In this document: piece after piece, positions 11,222 through 20,711 of the stretch | How the letters are laid out: the number at the start of each line of letters is the position of its first letter | Position numbering within the stretch: the first letter of the stretch is position 1 | From: an uncultured Rhodoplanes sp. | GTDB lineage: Bacteria; Pseudomonadota; Alphaproteobacteria; Rhizobiales; Xanthobacteraceae | Assembly (NCBI GenBank): GCA_964354425.1 | Contig: CAYGZV010000001.1 | Span: 1 to 59,760 of the forward strand | Reading direction: 5' to 3' | DNA: 59,760 bases | The notes under the pieces: model-generated | Seen by the model: the letters and a program-made list of their open reading frames with translations, nothing else | Database searches by the model: none | What the model was told of the DNA's origin: nothing | Program-made: the position numbers and the translations under genes

Positions 11222-12427
11222 ATGCTGTCTCCCGACACCTTCGCGCTCACCGCGCTGCTCGCGCTCTTGACCGCGCTCGGGCCGCTCGCGATGGACCTGT
11301 ACCTGCCGTCGCTGCCGGCGATCGAAACAGCCCTCGGGGCCTCCGCGGCCCAGGTCCAGCTCACGATTTCCATCTATCTCATCGGCTTCGCGGTCGGGCA
11401 GATCGTCTACGGACCGGTATCGGACCGGCTCGGCCGCAAGCCGGTGCTCAGCGCCGCGCTCGTGATCTTCTGCGTCGGCACGCTTGTGTGCTCCGTCGCG
11501 CCCTCGATCGGCGCGCTGATCGCCGCCCGCGCGCTCCAGGGCGCAGGCGCGGCCGGCGTGATCGTGCTCACGCGCGCGATCGTCCGCGATCTCTATGAAG
11601 GGCCGCGCGCCGGCCGCGAATTATCGCTGATGGCCGCGATCATGGGCGTGGCGCCGATCATCGCCCCGGTGATCGGCGGCTTCACCCAGACGAGCTTCGG
11701 CTGGCGCTCCGGGTTCATTCTCATTTTCGTCGCGGGACTTGCCGCGATCGTGGTGGTGTGGCGCCTGCTTCCGGAGACGGCGCGGCGGCACAAGCCGCCC
11801 GGCCACCCGCTGGTCGCGCTCGCGCGTTCCTATGGCGTGGTGGGAAAGAGCGGCAGCTTTCTTGCCCATCTCGGCATCGCGACGGCGAGCTATGCCGGCC
11901 TGTTCGCCTATATCTCCGGCTCGTCATTCGTGCTCCAGGGCGTGTACGGGCTGTCGCCGCTCGCGTTTGGCCTGTTCTACGGCGTGACCAGCCTCGGCTT
12001 CATTGCCGGGACGCTGATCGGGGCCAAGCTCGTCACCCGCCGCGGCTTCGACCGTACGATCGGGCTCGGCGCCGGCGCGCTGGCGGCGGGAGGGGTGCTG
12101 CTGGTCGCGGGCGTCAGCTTTGCCGCGTCATCGGTCGTCGCCCTCGCCGCGCCGATGATGGTGTTTCTCGCCGGCCTGGGCCTTGTCTTGCCGCTGTCGA
12201 TCGCGAGCGCGCTCCAGCCATTCCCCGAACGCGCGGGCGCGGCGTCCTCGTTCCTCGGCTCCGTCCAGCAGACCGTCGGCGCGATCGTCGGCGCGATCGT
12301 CGGACATTCGCTCGGGGCGAGCGCCTGGCCGATGGTTATCGGCATCGCCATCGCAGGATGCCTCACCCTCCTGCTGTGGCTTGCGACCCGGACGGTGCGG
12401 ACGCGCCCGTTCAAGCCGCGCTCCTGA
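11222..12427 (+). CDS. Bcr/CflA-family multidrug MFS transporter
   Basis: MDLYLPSLP, GPVSDRLGRKPV, AIVRDLY, LPET motifs. The upstream ATG at 11189 lies inside the repeat, so 11222 is preferred. Confidence 0.92.
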   Translation: MLSPDTFALTALLALLTALGPLAMDLYLPSLPAIETALGASAAQVQLTISIYLIGFAVGQIVYGPVSDRLGRKPVLSAALVIFCVGTLVCSVAPSIGALIAARALQGAGAAGVIVLTRAIVRDLYEGPRAGRELSLMAAIMGVAPIIAPVIGGFTQTSFGWRSGFILIFVAGLAAIVVVWRLLPETARRHKPPGHPLVALARSYGVVGKSGSFLAHLGIATASYAGLFAYISGSSFVLQGVYGLSPLAFGLFYGVTSLGFIAGTLIGAKLVTRRGFDRTIGLGAGALAAGGVLLVAGVSFAASSVVALAAPMMVFLAGLGLVLPLSIASALQPFPERAGAASSFLGSVQQTVGAIVGAIVGHSLGASAWPMVIGIAIAGCLTLLLWLATRTVRTRPFKPRS

Positions 12428-12433
12428 GGCGGA

Positions 12434-14590
12434 TCAGCGCGGCGAGAACAGCCGGTCGAGCAGCCACCCGTCGACGCCGGCTTCCTGGCGCGGCTGGCGT
12501 GCGTCCGCGGACGGAGCCGCGGGCGCCGACGCCGGCGGCGCAAAGAACGGCGAGGAGGTCGCACCCGGCAGATCGGCGAGCGGCGCGCCCTGGTGGGCCG
12601 CCTTCATGAACCGCGTCCACACCTCGACCGGCAGGCTGCCGCCGGTGAGTTTCTTGGTCGGCGAGGAATCGTCATTGCCGAACCAGACGCCGGTCACGAG
12701 CCGGCCGGTGAAGCCCACGAACCAGGCGTCGCGGAAATCCTGGCTCGTGCCGGTCTTGCCCGCGACCGGCCAGCCGGGAAGCTCTGCGCGCCGCGCAGTG
12801 CCGATGCGGATCGTCTCGCGCATCATCTGGTTCATCATCGCGACATAGCCCAGCTCGATGATGCGGTTGCGCACATGCGGCGCGCGCGCATAGAGAACCT
12901 TGCCGTCGGCGTTGCGCACCCGCTCGACGACATGCGGGAAGGCCCCGTAGCCGCCATTGGCGAACGGCGCATAGGCGCCGACGAGTTCGAGCAGCGAAGT
13001 CTCCGAGGTGCCGAGCGCGAGCGAGGCGTTCGGCTCGAGCTTCGAGACGATCCCGAGCCGGTACGCCGTGCGCGCCACCGCGGTTGGTCCGAATTCGAGC
13101 GTGAGCCGGACCGAGACCGTGTTGAGCGACAGGGCGAGCGCCTGGGTGAGCGTCACCGGCCCGAAATATTCGTGCTTGTAGTTCTCCGGCTTCCAGTTCT
13201 TGAGCGCGATCGGCTTGTCCTCGCGCACGCTGTCCGGCGTCAGGCCGCGCTCGATCGCGGTGAGAAAGACGAACGGCTTGAACGCCGAACCCGGCTGGCG
13301 CTTGGCGGTCACCGCCCGGTTGAACACGCTTTCCTGGTAATCGCGGCCCCCGACCAGCGCGCGCACCGCGCCCTCGGGGGTCATCGCGACCAGAGCGCCC
13401 TGTTCGACGCCAAATTTCTCGCCGCGCTGCGCCAGCATCTCGACGATCGCCTTTTCGGCCGCGGCCTGCATGGCGGGATCGAGCGTGGTGTCGACGACGA
13501 GATCGTCTTCGACCTGCCCGATCACGTCGTTGAGCACGTCCATCACCCAATCGGCGGCATAGGCGGCGGAGCCGCTGCCCGCCTTGACCACTTTGGGCGG
13601 CTGCAGCATCGCGGTCTTGGCGGCGCTCTCGGTCACCAGTCCGGCGTCGGACATGGCGGCGAGCACGAGCTGGGCGCGGCGCTCCGCCCCGTCATAGTTG
13701 CGGGTCGGCATCAGGCGGGAGGGCGATTTGACCAGTCCCGCCAGCAGCGCAGCCTCGGGCAACGTCACCTGCCGCGCCGACTTGCGGAAATAGCGCTGCG
13801 CGGCGGCCTCCACCCCGTACGCGCCGGCGCCGAAATAAATGCGGTTGAGGTAGAGTTCGAGAATCTGCGTCTTGGTGAATTTGTGCTCGAGCCAGACGGC
13901 GAGAACGGCTTCCTCGAGCTTGCGCATCAGCGTGCGCTCGGGCTTGAGGAAGAGGTTTTTCGCAAGCTGCTGGGTGATGGTCGATCCGCCCTGCGAAATG
14001 CCGCGGCGGGCGAGATTGGCGAAGAGCGCGCGCGAAAGCCCCACCACGTCGATGCCGAAATGCGAGTAGAAGCGCCGGTCCTCGATGGCGATGAAGGCGC
14101 GCGGGAGATAGACCGGCATGTCGGAAAGGGGCAAAGCGCTTCCGCCCATTTCGCCGCGCGTCGCGAGCAGGCGGCCGTCGACTCCAAGCACTTGAATGGT
14201 GGGCGGACGCTTGGGGATTTCGAGCGCATGGATCGGCGGCAGATGCATGCCGACCCAGGCGATCACGCCGACGCCGGCGATCACCCCCCACAGCGCGACA
14301 ACCGCGAGCCAGTAGAACAGCCGCTTGATCCGGGATCCGCCGCGCGAGCCGCCGCCGCGACGCCGGCGCCCTCCCCGCTTGCGCTTGACCGCGGCGACAA
14401 GCTGCCCGGCGCGGGAGACGCCGGGGCGACCGACCGGCTTCCGTGGACCGCTGCGGCGCGGACGCGCCTCCGCCTCCGCGCGGGGCACGGCCGGACCAGG
14501 CTTGGCGCTCATGGAATCGCCCGATGGTGCGGCAGGCGCACCCATCGCGGGCTCGCGCCGCTCCCGCGGGCTTCTCTGTGCTCGAGCCAT
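12434..14590 (-). CDS. Class A penicillin-binding protein (PBP1A family)
   Basis: Transglycosylase EDRRFYSH, GGSTITQQLAKNL, RKLEE; transpeptidase SAFK, SLN, KTGT. Confidence 0.93.
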   Translation of the reverse strand: MARAQRSPRERREPAMGAPAAPSGDSMSAKPGPAVPRAEAEARPRRSGPRKPVGRPGVSRAGQLVAAVKRKRGGRRRRGGGSRGGSRIKRLFYWLAVVALWGVIAGVGVIAWVGMHLPPIHALEIPKRPPTIQVLGVDGRLLATRGEMGGSALPLSDMPVYLPRAFIAIEDRRFYSHFGIDVVGLSRALFANLARRGISQGGSTITQQLAKNLFLKPERTLMRKLEEAVLAVWLEHKFTKTQILELYLNRIYFGAGAYGVEAAAQRYFRKSARQVTLPEAALLAGLVKSPSRLMPTRNYDGAERRAQLVLAAMSDAGLVTESAAKTAMLQPPKVVKAGSGSAAYAADWVMDVLNDVIGQVEDDLVVDTTLDPAMQAAAEKAIVEMLAQRGEKFGVEQGALVAMTPEGAVRALVGGRDYQESVFNRAVTAKRQPGSAFKPFVFLTAIERGLTPDSVREDKPIALKNWKPENYKHEYFGPVTLTQALALSLNTVSVRLTLEFGPTAVARTAYRLGIVSKLEPNASLALGTSETSLLELVGAYAPFANGGYGAFPHVVERVRNADGKVLYARAPHVRNRIIELGYVAMMNQMMRETIRIGTARRAELPGWPVAGKTGTSQDFRDAWFVGFTGRLVTGVWFGNDDSSPTKKLTGGSLPVEVWTRFMKAAHQGAPLADLPGATSSPFFAPPASAPAAPSADARQPRQEAGVDGWLLDRLFSPR

Positions 14591-14657
14591 GTCCCGTCCC
14601 GCCGGACAGCCTGCGGCGACGCCGCAGGCCCGCGCGGAAACCCTAGCGCGGCGCGCT

Positions 14658-14672
14658 TTAAGGGCGCGTTAA
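14658..14672. promoter_or_regulatory. CtrA-binding box upstream of PBP1A
   Basis: Exact TTAA-N7-TTAA (TTAAGGGCGCGTTAA) about 70 bp upstream of the start. Confidence 0.7.
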
Positions 14673-14691
14673 GGAAAGGACGGCGATCGCA

Positions 14692-14712
14692 CCACTCCCC
14701 GCCGGGGAGAGG
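14692..14712. repeat. CCTCTCCC..GGGAGAGG-type REP hairpin
   Basis: CCACTCCCCGCCGGGGAGAGG; related copies at 20616, 36758 and 46737-46863. Confidence 0.55.
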
Positions 14713-14795
14713 TTAAGCTCAACCGCGGTTCGCGGGGCGCCGTCTCGATCACGGATCCGCCTTCACCCGGACTGCGCCACAGAACCGAGAGCGCC

Positions 14796-17609
14796 CTACC
14801 CCGCCGCGGCTGCGCTCTGCGCTGCTGCGGCCGGCTCCGGCCGGACCGCGAAGGCCTGCAGAAGCGCGCGCTTGATGGTGGCGATCCGCGGCGCCGAGGT
14901 GATGCGCGCCCCGAGCAGGTCGGTGACGTAGAACACGTCGACCGCGCGCTCGCCGAACGTCGCCACATGCGCCGAGGCGATGTTGAGATTGAGTTTCGAC
15001 AGCGTGGTGGTCAGCTCGTACAGCAGGCCGGGCCGGTCGAGACCGCTCACCTCGACGACGGTGTAGCGGTTCGACCATTGATTGTTGACGGAGACTTCCG
15101 GCTCGATGGCGAACGCCTTGATGCGGCCCTTCGGCGCCTCGCGCTTCATCATCAGTTCCGGCAGCTTCAGTTCGCCGCGCAGCACCGCCTCGATCGCCTC
15201 GGTGACGCGGCCGGCGCGCCGCGTCTCGTCGTCGTCGCGGTCGAACTCGCGCGAGATGGAAATGGTGTCGAGCGCGAGCCCGTCCGTCGTCGTGTAGATC
15301 TGCGCATCGACGATGTTCGCGCCGGCCTTGGCGCAGGCGCCGGCGATCAGGCAAAGCAGCCAGGGATGATCCGGCGTGAGCACGGTCAGCACCGTGACGC
15401 CGCGATGGGCGTCGAACTCGAACTTGGTCGCGAGCGTCCGGCTCGCCGCCTCCGCCTCGCGGACGAAGCGGGCGTGATCAATCTGCGACTTGAGGTCGAC
15501 CTTCAGCCAATAGGCTGGGTAGTGGCGGGCGATGTAGCGCTCGACGTCCTCGGTCGGCCAGTCCGCGAGCTCGGCGCGGAACTGCGCCTGGGCGGCGGCG
15601 ACGCGCTGCGCCCGGTTGACCTCGGAGAAGCCCCCGGTGAGCGCCGGCTCGGCTTCGTAATAGAGCGCCCGCAGCAGCTGCGCCTTCCAGCTGTTCCACA
15701 CGCCCGGCCCGACCGCGCGGATGTCGGCGGTCGTGAGGACGGTGAGGAGCTTCATGCGCTCGAGCGACTGCACGATGGCGCAGAAATTCTCGATCGTCTT
15801 GCGGTCGGAGAGATCGCGCGACTGGGCGATCGACGACATCACCAGGTGATGCTCGAGCAGCCAGGCGACCGTTTCGGTGTTGGCCGCCGACAGGCCCATC
15901 AGCGGACAGAGCTGGCGCGCGATTCTCGCCCCCGCGATCGAGTGATCCTCGGTGCGGCCCTTGGCGATGTCGTGCAGGAACAAGGCGACATAGAGCAGAT
16001 CGCGATGCTCCGGCAGGATGGTGCGCATCAGCTCGTTGGACAGCCCGTATTCCGGGTTCTGTCCTTTTTCGATCTCCGCCAGCACGCCGATGCAGCGCAA
16101 CAGATGCTCGTCCACCGTGTAATGGTGGTACATGTTGAACTGCATCATCGAGACGACGCGCCCGAACTCGGGAATGAACCGGCCGAGCACGCCGACCTCG
16201 TTCATGCGCCGCAGCACGATCTCGACGTCGTTCTTCGCCGTCAGTATCTCGTAGAACAGCCGGTAGGCCTGCGGATCGGCGCGCAGATGCTTGTCGATCA
16301 GCCGCAGCGAGCGGGTGGCGGCGCGCATCGCGTCCGGGTGAAAGGCGAGGCTGTGCCGCTGCGCCAGGCGGAAAATGCGGATGAGATTGATCGGATCGCG
16401 CTGGAACACGTCCGGATCGGCGATATTGATGCGGCTATTGTCGACGACGAAATCGTCGCTCTCGCTCAGCACCCGCCGGGACCGCTTCCGCAGCCGCGCC
16501 ACGAAGCGGTTGAGCATCGGCACCTCCTTCTGGTGCCGGCTCTCGAGCCCGGCGCACAGAATGGCGGTGAGATCGCCGACATCCTTCGCCACCAGGAAGT
16601 AGTGCTTCATGAAACGCTCGACGTCGCGCATGCCGGGATGCGTCGTGTAGCCGAGCCGCTTCGCCATTTCGCGCTGGATGTCGAACGATAGCCGCTCCTC
16701 CGACCGGCCGGTGGCGAAATGCATATGGCAGCGGACCGACCAGAGGAAGTTCTCGCAGCGCTGAAACAACCGGTATTCCTGCCGGTCGAACACCCCACGT
16801 TCGATCAGTTCCTCCGGCTTGCGGACGCAATAGACATATTTGGCGATCCAGAACAGCGTGTGCAGGTCGCGCAGGCCGCCTTTCCCGTCCTTGACGTTCG
16901 GCTCGACCAGGTAGCGCGACTGGCCGACGCGGCGCAGCCGCTCTTCGCGCTCGGCGAGTTTCGCGGCGACGAATTCCGGACCGGTGCCCTGCGCGATCTG
17001 CTTGTCGAAGCGCGTCACGAGCTCGTCGAACAGGCTCTGCTCGCCGAACAGGAAGCGCGATTCGAGAATGGCGGTGCGGATGGTCATGTCCGCTTTCGCC
17101 TGGCGGATGCATTCGTCGACCGAGCGGGTCGCGTGGCCGACCTTCAGCCCCATGTCCCACAGGCAATAGAGAATCGCTTCCGCAATCGATTCGCCCCAGG
17201 CGGTCTGCTTGTAGGGAAGCAGGAACAAGAGGTCGATGTCCGAGCCCGGCGCCAGCATGCCGCGGCCGTACCCGCCGGTCGCGACGATCGCCATGTGCTC
17301 GCCTTCGGACGGGTTCTGGGCGGCGTAGAGATGCGTGGTCGAGAACTCGTAGAGGACGCGGATGATCTCGTCCTGCATGTCCGAGAGGCGCTCGGCGCAG
17401 GCGCGGCCCTGCCGATCTTCGAACAACAACTGCTCGGCCTTGGCCCGCCCCTCGGCAAGCGCGGTCTTGAGCCGCTGCGCCACCGCCAAGCGCAACTCGC
17501 GCTCGCGCCCGCCATAGTCGTTGGCAATGAGAGCGAGATCGGCCTTGGCCGCCTCGGCATCGAACAGGTCGGCGGGAGCGTGGTGCGGGTGATCGAGGAC
17601 CGTATCCAT
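14796..17609 (-). CDS. glnD: [Protein-PII] uridylyltransferase / uridylyl-removing enzyme
   Basis: NTase GGYGRG..SDIDLL, EPNVKDGKGGLRD, HHYTVDEH..LHDIAKG (HD domain), two C-terminal ACT domains. Start set at MDTVLD. Confidence 0.96.
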   Translation of the reverse strand: MDTVLDHPHHAPADLFDAEAAKADLALIANDYGGRERELRLAVAQRLKTALAEGRAKAEQLLFEDRQGRACAERLSDMQDEIIRVLYEFSTTHLYAAQNPSEGEHMAIVATGGYGRGMLAPGSDIDLLFLLPYKQTAWGESIAEAILYCLWDMGLKVGHATRSVDECIRQAKADMTIRTAILESRFLFGEQSLFDELVTRFDKQIAQGTGPEFVAAKLAEREERLRRVGQSRYLVEPNVKDGKGGLRDLHTLFWIAKYVYCVRKPEELIERGVFDRQEYRLFQRCENFLWSVRCHMHFATGRSEERLSFDIQREMAKRLGYTTHPGMRDVERFMKHYFLVAKDVGDLTAILCAGLESRHQKEVPMLNRFVARLRKRSRRVLSESDDFVVDNSRINIADPDVFQRDPINLIRIFRLAQRHSLAFHPDAMRAATRSLRLIDKHLRADPQAYRLFYEILTAKNDVEIVLRRMNEVGVLGRFIPEFGRVVSMMQFNMYHHYTVDEHLLRCIGVLAEIEKGQNPEYGLSNELMRTILPEHRDLLYVALFLHDIAKGRTEDHSIAGARIARQLCPLMGLSAANTETVAWLLEHHLVMSSIAQSRDLSDRKTIENFCAIVQSLERMKLLTVLTTADIRAVGPGVWNSWKAQLLRALYYEAEPALTGGFSEVNRAQRVAAAQAQFRAELADWPTEDVERYIARHYPAYWLKVDLKSQIDHARFVREAEAASRTLATKFEFDAHRGVTVLTVLTPDHPWLLCLIAGACAKAGANIVDAQIYTTTDGLALDTISISREFDRDDDETRRAGRVTEAIEAVLRGELKLPELMMKREAPKGRIKAFAIEPEVSVNNQWSNRYTVVEVSGLDRPGLLYELTTTLSKLNLNIASAHVATFGERAVDVFYVTDLLGARITSAPRIATIKRALLQAFAVRPEPAAAAQSAAAAG

Positions 17610-17954
17610 ACCGAATAGATAGCCGCCTGCACGCGAGGTGTCACGGGTCGGCGCATGCGCGCGGCGGGACGCCCTGCGGAACGGCCGGCTGCGCAAGATC
17701 AGTCTTGCGATAAAGTCCTTCCCTACCGCTTGGTCTATTCGCAGTATTATTCCATTGACCCGCAGTTGTTCCTGTTCCAAGACAGCATGTCAGCGCCGAT
17801 TTGAAGCAATGCAGCTTGCGGGCGCTTAACAAATACAGCTAAAGCGCGGGGCTCGCCCCACGCGAGGCTGTGGGCGGGCGGCCGCAACCCGCCTCCGACA
17901 GAACCGGCGCGATCGCCGCTCACCCGAACGGCCGCAGGCCTGCATGGAGGTTTC

Positions 17955-18932
17955 ATGATCAAGCTGTCCCGACGCTCCCTGATCGCGTTCACGGCGATCG
18001 CGGCTCTCGCCTCGACGGTGACGGCGCGCGCCGCCGACAAGCCGAGCGAAATCCGTCTCGATTGGGCGACCTACAATCCGGTGTCGATGGTGCTCAAGGA
18101 GAAGGGCCTGCTGGAGAAGGAATTCGCGAAGGACGGCATCGGCGTCCGCTGGGTGCAGACGCTCGGCTCGAACAAGGCGCTGGAATTCCTCAATGCCGGC
18201 TCGATCGATTTCGGCTCGACCGCGGGCTCGGCGGCGCTCGTCTCGAAGATCAACGGCAATCCGATCAAGTCGATCTATGTCTATTCGCGCCCCGAATGGA
18301 CCGCCCTCGTCACGCGCAAGGACAGCGCGATCGCCAATCCCGCCGACCTGAAGGGCAAGCGCGTCGCCGTCACCCGCGGCACCGATCCGCACATCTTTCT
18401 CGTGCGCGCCCTCTACAGCGCCGGCCTGACCGAAAAGGATATCCAGCCGGTGCTGCTGCAGCATCCGGACGGCAAGACGGCGCTGATCCGCGGCGATGTC
18501 GACGCCTGGGCCGGGCTCGACCCGATGATGGCGCAGGCCGAGGTCGAGGACGGCGCCAAGCTGTTCTACCGCAAGCCGGAGGCCAATACCTGGGGCATTC
18601 TGAATGTGCGCGAGGCCTTCCTCAAAGATCATCCCGACCTGGTTCGCCGCGTGCTCGCCGTCTATGAGGAGGCGCGCAAGGCCGCGCTCGCCGATTACGA
18701 CGGGACGAAGAAGACCTTCATCGCGGCGACCAAGCTGCCCGAACCGGTGGTCGACAAGCAGCTCAAGGAGCGCACCGAACTGACCCACAGCCGCATCGGC
18801 GCGCCGCAGCGCGAATCGATCCTCGCCGCCGGGCTTGCTTTGCAGCAGGCGGGCGTGATCGCGCCGACCGTCGACGTGCCGGCGACCGTCGACGCCTTGA
18901 TCTCCGATCAGCTCGCGCCGGCCTCCAATTGA
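17955..18932 (+). CDS. ssuA: Aliphatic sulfonate ABC transporter substrate-binding protein
   Basis: Signal peptide, RLDWATYNP, GSNKALEFLNAGS, VAVTRGTDPH; GGAGG RBS. Confidence 0.88.
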   Translation: MIKLSRRSLIAFTAIAALASTVTARAADKPSEIRLDWATYNPVSMVLKEKGLLEKEFAKDGIGVRWVQTLGSNKALEFLNAGSIDFGSTAGSAALVSKINGNPIKSIYVYSRPEWTALVTRKDSAIANPADLKGKRVAVTRGTDPHIFLVRALYSAGLTEKDIQPVLLQHPDGKTALIRGDVDAWAGLDPMMAQAEVEDGAKLFYRKPEANTWGILNVREAFLKDHPDLVRRVLAVYEEARKAALADYDGTKKTFIAATKLPEPVVDKQLKERTELTHSRIGAPQRESILAAGLALQQAGVIAPTVDVPATVDALISDQLAPASN

Positions 18933-18964
18933 CGCAAGCCTCGCCCGGCGGTTTGAGTGGCGCA

Positions 18965-19810
18965 ATGACCGTCGACACTCACCCCATCGCCGCGCTCGAC
19001 CAGCCGGCGGCGCGCCCGGCGCCGGACCGACGCGGCCGCTGGCGCGGCCTCGCGCTCGGGCTCGCCCTGCCGGTCGGCCTCGCCGCGCTGTGGGAGCTCG
19101 CGGTGTATGCCGGCCTGGCGGAAGGCCGGCTGGTGCCGCCTCCCTCGCGCATTTTCACGACCTTCTCCGAACTCGCCTCGACCGGCGAATTGACGCGGCA
19201 TACGATCGCGACCGTGCTGCGCGTCGCGGCGGGGTTCGGCCTCGGCGTGCTGTTCGGGACCCTGCTCGGCGCGATCGCCGGCTATTCGACGCTTGCGCGC
19301 GCGCTCGCCGACCCGATGCTGCAAGCCTTGCGGGCGATCCCCTCGATCGCCTGGGTGCCGCTGTTCATCCTCTGGCTCGGCATTTTCGAAGCCTCCAAGG
19401 TCGCCCTGATCGCCGTCGGCGTGTTTTTTCCGGTGTATCTCGGCGTGATGGGCGCGATCGTTTCGGTCGACCGGAAGACCGTCGAGATCGGGCGCATCTT
19501 CCGCCTCTCCGGGCCGGCGATGATCCGCCGCATCCTGCTGCCGGCGGTGCTGCCCGCCTATGTCGTTTCGCTGCGCGCTGGGCTGGGACTGGGCTGGATG
19601 TTCGTCGTCGCCGCTGAATTCATGGGCGCCGCGGAAGGGCTCGGCTATCTTCTGGTCGATGGTCAGCAGCTCGGCAAGCCGGCCCAGATCGTCGCGGCGA
19701 TCGTCGCTTTCGCCATTCTCGGCAAGACCACCGACTGGCTTCTGGTGGCGGGCTCGGCGCCGTTCCTGCGCTGGCAGGACGTGAGCCTGCCGCGCGGCGG
19801 AGCGCGTTGA
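18965..19810 (+). CDS. ssuC: Sulfonate/nitrate-type ABC permease
   Basis: ALRAIPSIAWVPLFILWLGI, LRAGLGLGWMFVVAAE motifs. Confidence 0.88.
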   Translation: MTVDTHPIAALDQPAARPAPDRRGRWRGLALGLALPVGLAALWELAVYAGLAEGRLVPPPSRIFTTFSELASTGELTRHTIATVLRVAAGFGLGVLFGTLLGAIAGYSTLARALADPMLQALRAIPSIAWVPLFILWLGIFEASKVALIAVGVFFPVYLGVMGAIVSVDRKTVEIGRIFRLSGPAMIRRILLPAVLPAYVVSLRAGLGLGWMFVVAAEFMGAAEGLGYLLVDGQQLGKPAQIVAAIVAFAILGKTTDWLLVAGSAPFLRWQDVSLPRGGAR

Positions 19811-20602
19811 ATGCTCGCGCTCGACCGGATCGGCAAGACCTATCCGAACGGCGTGCGGGCGCTCGACGGCGTGACGCTGAGCGTCACTCTCGGCGAGATC
19901 CTTGCGGTGGTCGGCGGCTCGGGGTGCGGCAAGTCGACATTGCTGCGCGCGATCTCCGGGCTCGATCCGCCCACGACGGGGCGCGTCTCGCTCGACGGCG
20001 CGCTGATCGCCGCGCCGCATCCGAAGATCGGCATGGTGTTTCAGGAGCCGCGGCTGCTGCCCTGGCTCACCGTCGCCGACAATGTCGGGTTTGGCCTCGC
20101 CGGCCTGTCGCGGCCGGTGCGCGAAAGGCGGGTTGCGGCGCAGCTCGATCGGGTCGGGCTTTACGAGAAGGCCGGCGTATGGCCGCGCGAACTGTCCGGC
20201 GGACAGGCGCAGCGTGTGGCGATCGCGCGCTCGCTCGTGACCCGGCCCGAGGTCCTCCTCCTCGACGAGCCCTTCTCCGCGCTCGACGCCTTCACCCGCA
20301 CCGACCTGCAGGACCATCTGCTCGACCTGTGGGGCGAGCTGAAGCCGACGCTCGTCGTGGTCACGCATGACGTCGACGAGGCGATCGTGCTCGGCGACCG
20401 CGTGATGGTCATGCGGCCGCGGCCCGGACGCGTGCTCGAAGAGATCGCGGTCGACCTGCCGCGCCCGCGCGACCGCCAGTCGGCCGCCTTCGACTTCGCC
20501 AAACGCCGCGTGCTCGCGGCGCTCGACCGCGCGCAGGACCGCCTGCGCAGCGTCGACGACCGCGAGGCCAAGACCGCGCAAGGCGCGGCGCTGTGGTGGT
20601 GA
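19811..20602 (+). CDS. ssuB: Sulfonate ABC transporter ATP-binding protein
   Basis: GGSGCGKST, FQEPRLLPW, LSGGQAQR, LLLDEPFSALD. Confidence 0.88.
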   Translation: MLALDRIGKTYPNGVRALDGVTLSVTLGEILAVVGGSGCGKSTLLRAISGLDPPTTGRVSLDGALIAAPHPKIGMVFQEPRLLPWLTVADNVGFGLAGLSRPVRERRVAAQLDRVGLYEKAGVWPRELSGGQAQRVAIARSLVTRPEVLLLDEPFSALDAFTRTDLQDHLLDLWGELKPTLVVVTHDVDEAIVLGDRVMVMRPRPGRVLEEIAVDLPRPRDRQSAAFDFAKRRVLAALDRAQDRLRSVDDREAKTAQGAALWW

Positions 20603-20615
20603 CCTGCTTTCGTCG

Positions 20616-20637
20616 ACCTCTCCCGGCGGGGAGAGGT
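20616..20637. repeat. REP hairpin / possible bidirectional terminator
   Basis: Perfect 9-bp stem ACCTCTCCC-ggcg-GGGAGAGGT between convergent ssuB and the kinase gene. Confidence 0.6.
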
Positions 20638-20711
20638 GATTTCAGTTGGGAATGGAGCCGCATTTACCTCAGCGGCGGACGCAAACCCGGCGCGCGTCGC
20701 AGCCGCGCTGG

